The notes beneath the pieces were generated by a model. The model was not told the DNA's origin. It was given only the letters and a program-made list of their open reading frames with translations, and ran no database searches. From positions 83,080,001-83,144,000 of the forward strand of contig OZ024741.1 in NCBI GenBank assembly GCA_964016885.1: a stretch of DNA of 64,000 bases. Direction: 5' to 3'. Positions 58,175 to 64,000 of this stretch are shown here, one piece after another; the first letter of the stretch is position 1; each line of letters starts with the position of its first letter. A program made the translations under genes and the position numbers. The stretch is from Eledone cirrhosa. Its lineage: Eukaryota.

Positions 58175-58310
58175 CATAGTTACGTTCATTTACAGTCTGA
58201 GTTCAAATCCCGCCGAGGTTAACTTTGCCGTACATCCTTACGGGGTCAATAAAATAAAGTACCAGTAATGTACTGGGTAATTGCTGGCCTTGTGCCAAAT
58301 GTAGAAACAA
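58175..58310 (+). mobile_element. 5'-truncated tRNA-derived SINE, same family
   Basis: CTGAGTTCAAATCCCGCCGAGGTTAACTTTGCC..GGCCTTGTGCCAAATGTAGAAAC; possible TSD ATTATTTTT(T)CCC. Confidence 0.85.
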
Positions 58311-58499
58311 TTATTTTTTCCCAGCATCTACTCAATATTTGCACTGAAAACCCACAGTTAAAAGAATATCAGGTATCAAATCTAATTAGAAATTAGAAAT
58401 TCCATTTCATCTCGGTAAGAAGGATATCATTTATGAGCACATACAAATTCATATGCCCCTCAAACGATATTATCGGAGAAAGTCCTAAAGAAAGACATA

Positions 58500-58990
58500 C
58501 GTTAGCAGGCTATAAAAGGGGATGATAAAAGAACTACATTGAGTAACTTCAGGCTCTTAGACGACAACGGTTGTGTTACACTGTCGTTGAAGTGGGCATG
58601 ATTCTGGCTTTCTATAATAACATCCGTGCGTGGGGAGCTCTTGTGGTTGGTGGTGATGTGGGCTTTCATATTTTTAGCACAGGAATATCCGAGTTTCACC
58701 CTCTGTTTATTAAATATAGATCTTTATTTATGTCCTATAGAGAAGTACTTTTCTTGAAGTGCAAAAAAGTTCTTACCTTCCTTATTTCTAGCTCCGAGCG
58801 CGAATATTTTTTTTTATTTCTATTTTTCATTCTACTGGAAGTGTGATTAGGACTAAAGGAAGAAATTTTATCGGTGAAGCCGCTGTTGGCTAATGCAGTG
58901 ATATGGTAAGGTGCCGCTCTATTAAAGTGGTTTATCCGGATGCTCTTGCAGAAGGTAATCATTATGCTCTCTTAAGCAACAGTGTAACAC
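58500..58990 (-). pseudogene. Decayed Penelope/Poseidon-type PLE linker fragment
   Basis: FNRAAPYHITALANSGF and YRSIFNKQRVKLGYSCAKNMKAHITTNHK resemble the region between RT and GIY-YIG in PLEs. Confidence 0.65.
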
Positions 58991-59049
58991 ACCTGCAGTC
59001 GTCTATGAGGCTGAAGTTACACAAACTCGACCGAATTAACAGCATATCG

Positions 59050-59345
59050 ATACGTTTCTTTATTAGCCACAGGGGCACAAAAGAAGGGGACAAATACAAA
59101 AGGGGAAGTTTACATACAATAAAAACGTGTAAAATATTATCACAAATGCAATTTAAAAATTAGTCGATTTTCCCCAGAAGGGGGAGACATTACATATGGG
59201 TAACACATGCCCCCGAAAAAAAATGTGCAACCCTCATCTCCAGGAGTACGAAGAGTTTGTAACAGCATATAGATAGTTACATAAATAGATGAATGGGGAA
59301 ATTGAGAAAGAGAGAGAAAGGACTGTTTTGTTACGGAGGCAAGAT
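59050..59345 (-). mobile_element. Tx1-type 3' UTR fragment
   Basis: Minus strand ..TTGTATTTGTCCCC..GCCCCTGTGGCTAATAAAGAAA resembles the 3' ends of the Tx1 copies at 16960, 22610 and 61860. Confidence 0.6.
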
Positions 59346-59927
59346 GTTTAACTTTTCATATTTCATGGTATATTTATTGCGTAGAATGTGGTGATGCGCA
59401 TTTGTGGGTATGTCTCTCTAAATGTATGGACATCGGTATCAGTTTGTCTTATCGGGATATTAACCTGTCAACCACCCTACTTATCATCCGCAAAGGTACA
59501 AAAACCTGCAGTTTGTTTCGTAAGGGCTACCGATGGAGATGTGTTCTTGAATCGAGAATGTTATCAATCAGGTGTAAAATGTTGGTGTTTTTTATGTTTT
59601 GTTTATGGTGGGTGTACCGTCCTTTCCACACCATATATAATTAAATCTGCTGATTTAGGAACCACAATAACAATGCCAATAAATGATGCCTTTGAAAGTA
59701 CACCTTTTGGAGTGATACTGATTGTGAAGCCATTTTCGCGCTGATGCCACACTCGCTTCGATTTCCTTACAAGCATTGATTGGATAAGTTAGTTAAATAT
59801 AAATGAGACATTTCAGTATTGTTACAGCTAATCTATTGATTTTCGAAAATCGCGAGAACGACGCTTGTATATATATATATATGATTATGTAAGAATATAT
59901 ATATATATATGATTATGTAAGAATGCA

Positions 59928-59969
<42 letters not shown>

Positions 59970-60369
59970 GGAGTGGGTGTGTGTGTGTGTGCCTGTATGT
60001 GTGTACATAGAAAGTGATATATATGTGTGTGTATACATGTATGAGACAAACTTTGCATTTTTGCTAACTGTGTGAATCATTACCTTCACCTCCAAATTTA
60101 GCGCAGCATCAGAAATCTATTTGGATATTAAGGAAACATCAAAGTCACCTAATAACAACAGCAGAGCCATCAGTTCCTCTCAGCAAACAAATGGTTGTCT
60201 AGATGTAAATAGAGAAAGGAATTTAGTAAACTGCTAATGAGAGAAGTATCTTTAAATGTGTCTGAAGAAAGTGTCTGTGCCATCAAGTAGTGTCATCTAT
60301 TTGCCACTAGAGTGCTGCGTAGGATAATAAACTAACTATTTCAAATTATTCTCCCACTCTCTGTCTATA

Positions 60370-60446
<77 letters not shown>

Positions 60447-60485
60447 CCCCCTCTCTCTCCCTCTCCCCTCTCTCTCCCTCCCTCC

Positions 60486-60521
<36 letters not shown>

Positions 60522-61877
60522 ACCGTCATCTACTACCGCCTGACCGTAGTGCCCTGCCCAAGGGAAACCCTCACCAAGATGGAGCGCGCGCTCTTCCAAT
60601 TCCTTTGGAAGAGGCGGGCTCCTATGGTGAGGAGATCCATCTGCTGTCAACACCCTTCGAAAGGAGGGCTGGGGATGCCGTGGCTAATGATGCGTAAACA
60701 CGCATTAAGGCTACGGCACCTCTACGTATTCCTCACCGGACAACCGGTGTGGGCCTCGTTTGTGAGACGAACCTTTCCCAGACTCGTCTCACTCACCGAG
60801 CTGCAATCCTGGGTCAAGCAAAGACCGAGAAAACTGAGCGCCTGGCACACTGAGTGTGCCCAGGCGCTCAACGCCCTCTGGCAGGCGGATCCGGTTATCA
60901 GTGGAGACTCCACCGCAACATTCTATAGAGGGCTGGTACGCAGCAGGTGCGACGACGCCCTCGGAGAAGCCCTAGACATGGAGGAGGACGAACTGGCCGG
61001 CCTGTTCGGTAGGACATTCAGCCCGGGACCTATGGACAACTTCCAGAAGTCCCTGGCCTGGCAGTGCTACCCAGGAGCTTTACCCGTTCGAGAAAGGCTC
61101 TACAGACACGGGCGCCCGGGTAGGGACCCCGCCAAAAAGATCTGTCCCAGATGCGTGTGCGACGAGGAAACCGTTGCACACGCATTGGTACACTGCTCGG
61201 GCGTAGCCGATCTGTGGGGCTATGTCGAACAACTGCTGTCAAGGGTGGGACCGATCCGGTTGACCACCGAGTCTATTGTAATGATCAAGCCGCCTCGCCC
61301 CTTCAAAGATGAAGCAGAGGCGGTGTTTCTGTGCGTAATAGCCATGGCGAAAGAGGTTGTATGGTGGACGCGTCTGAAAGGACTGAGGTCAGGCACCTTT
61401 CTCTCTGGCCAACAACTGGTCCGTTTCTTCCGATATCATTTCGGAAGAAGGATCAGGATGGAGAGAGAGGTGCTGCACCCCAGTCGTTTTTATGAAAGGT
61501 GGGTGAAAGTGGCGAGAATGGCCCGTGTGAATGGGCCTTCTCTTTACATGAGCCTGTAGGTTGAACAGAGGAAGGAACGAGGGAGCACCCCCTCTCTGTG
61601 CTCCTGAGGAAAAGGGTTGCACACTTTTTTCGGGGGTGTGTGCGACCCCCCAAGGCGCCTCCTCTCTATTGAGGATTTTGTTATAAATTTTATTTTTTGT
61701 TATATTTTATAACAAAATCCTCTATTGAGGATTTTGTTATAATTCTATTTTTTGTTATATTTTATTTTATTTTTATATATTGTTATTGCCTCCTCCCTAT
61801 TGAGGACGCCTTGTTTTGTAAACTCCCCCCATTGTACTTGTCCCACTTTTGATGCCCTTGTGGCAAATAAAAGAAAC
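60522..61877 (+). mobile_element. Tx1/L1-clade 3' fragment of a divergent subfamily, inserted in (TATC)n
   Basis: ORF 60549-61559 is homologous to the C-terminus of 20416-22352 (CCQHP..GGLGMPWL, CPRC..ETVAHALVHC). (TATC)n at 60487-60521 and 61878-61935. Confidence 0.92.
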
Positions 61878-61902
61878 ATATCTATCTATCTATATGTCTA
61901 TC

Positions 61903-61933
<31 letters not shown>

Positions 61934-62669
61934 CTAACTTCTTGGCCTGGTAAATATATTTCTAGCCATTTCTATTTATTTATCAAACAATAGTACTGGT
62001 ATAATTGTCTACCTGTGTACTTTTAAACATAATTGGACATTCGCATTCGAAATCACGAGGAATATCTAAAGTAGAATCTATATTCAGATGTTTGAGTACC
62101 ATATAAGATAGAATTTGTGTTTTGTGGTTGAATAATCGTAATCATGTGGGTTGTCTTTCTTTATTTAGATGTATATCCAGTTACTGAGATTCTGTTGTTG
62201 GTGGGTATTGTGAGAGGAAATTTAAACAAACACACACACACACTCTCACACACACACACACACACACACACACCCACGCACGCCACAATCACACACACGC
62301 AGACGCCTTTCAGATTTGGAATGTCTATCAGGGTAGGATTCACTCAAATTCTGAGTGAAGAGACAATGGCTGAATATCAGAATGTTTTCTTGTTATTGTT
62401 GATTGTCTAGTTCTTCAGTTCTTTGCAGGTTTCTGCACGGTCTATTTTCGTAATTTTTTGTTCCATTCGTTTTATACCAATTTATACATCACAACGCAAT
62501 TTATACATCACAACGCTGTACTTCTTTGAGTGACTTTTGTTATATGCATATGTTTCACTATCAACTATCTCTCTGCCAATCTATTTATCTATCTATCAAC
62601 CTATCTACATTTCTGCCTCTCTTTCTCTCTCTCTCACCCTCTCTATCTCTATTTTTCACTCTCTCATCC

Positions 62670-62722
<53 letters not shown>

Positions 62723-64000
62723 ATCTATCAATATATCTATGTATATATATATATATATATATATATACATACTGTGTGTGTGTCGTCTGTTTGTGTGTAT
62801 GTGTGTGTGTGACATGGCAGCTACCAAAATTGAGGTTTCTATGATAATATTTGATAGTGATTTATGCGACTATTATTTCTAGTTATCTGCATTTCCCTAT
62901 ATGTATATATGTATATATATAATGCAAGTTTGAATCAAATATGAAGCGATTTACTGTTCAGTAAATCATTTAATTTGAAAGTTTTTGTTAGTCTGAACAA
63001 TATATATTTAGACGATATTGTTAGCAGATATAGTTATTCTTACTGTTTCTTTGTTGTTCTTTGTTGTTCAAGCGTTTAATTTCTCTTTTGGCAGAATGTC
63101 AGGGGAGAACAAATTAGAGTTGTTCATCTTAGATTATGACACACACTTACACAGATATTATCATACACCCGGAAACGATTACATTCACATCCATGTACAA
63201 ACAGTTTCCTTCATAAATGTATGCGAATATCACTTCTTTGTTCTTGCTCGACGGAACTCGGGGCATCCCTGTCTGCGATCCAAGAGGCCTCATCGTGTGT
63301 AGAGCAGACCCGGCTCCCAGTGCACTCCATCACTGGCGGTCCTATGACATTTTCAAATGTATCTATGTGAAATATGTGCGTAACTTTATTTATAAGCTAA
63401 TCTATATTTATGTGTAATATGTGTGTGTCTTGAGTTGTAAGCTAGTCATAAATGAAGCTTAACAAAATTAAAGGAGTTCGTTTCAAAATTTCAAGCCCCG
63501 AGGAATTTAGAATTACCTCCTATTTTCTCGAAAAAGTGATCCCCACTGTAATAAAACGGAATTTCGTCAGTTCGTCGGCTAACGGTTTTTTGTTTGGTAA
63601 TTTTGTTCTGGCGCCCACTGAAAGAGCAGTATTGAAACAGCCCATCCCCTATTGAGTGATGGGTGTAACTGGTGTCCCGAAATTCAAGGTCGGGCATACA
63701 AGTTAGTTGTACGAAATTTTAACGATACGTAATGAGCTCTCTTGGAAATTATTGAGCATTGTTTTCCTTGGCCCTTTATCAACGGATAACCTGCATATAT
63801 ATAGATATATGTGTGTGTGTGTGAGGGAGACATAGTGTGTTCGCGTATGTGATTATAGGTATGAATACATGAATATATTTGTAAATATGAGCATTTATTT
63901 ACACATATATATTTAAATATATGCACATATGTTTACACCGACACATGCACGCGCGCGCACAAACACACACACACACATATATATTCTGTCATTACTACAG

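Noticed and set aside
60080-60200. Possible minus-strand exon
   Set aside because: Stops in all frames between the plausible splice sites.
63612-63675. CTGAAAGA..GAAACAGCCCATC..GATGGGTGTA hammerhead-like string
   Set aside because: Extra base in the core and poor stem I; possibly a relic but unsupported.

Overview
AT-rich animal genomic DNA, probably octopus/cephalopod (inferred from the SINE family and microsatellite load), with no convincing host gene apart from one candidate small exon. It consists almost entirely of microsatellites and transposon relics. These are mariner and DD37D (maT) DNA transposons, a ~16.6 kb nested cluster of Tx1-like (+) and R4/Dong-like (-) non-LTR retrotransposons built on (TAA)n, several Penelope-like elements (PLEs) including a Naiad-type tandem copy, an old RTE, tRNA-derived SINEs with TSDs and a HINE-like element. 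The most striking unannotated signal is a dense set of non-coding fold-back elements (80-860 bp hairpins, usually with one arm extended by a tail) embedded in (TA)n tracts. Many carry minimal type I hammerhead ribozyme motifs (CUGANGA or CCGANGA...GAAA...NUH). The window shows each retroelement family occupying its own microsatellite: (TA)n, (TAA)n or (TATC)n. Coordinates were read by eye and may be off by a few bases.
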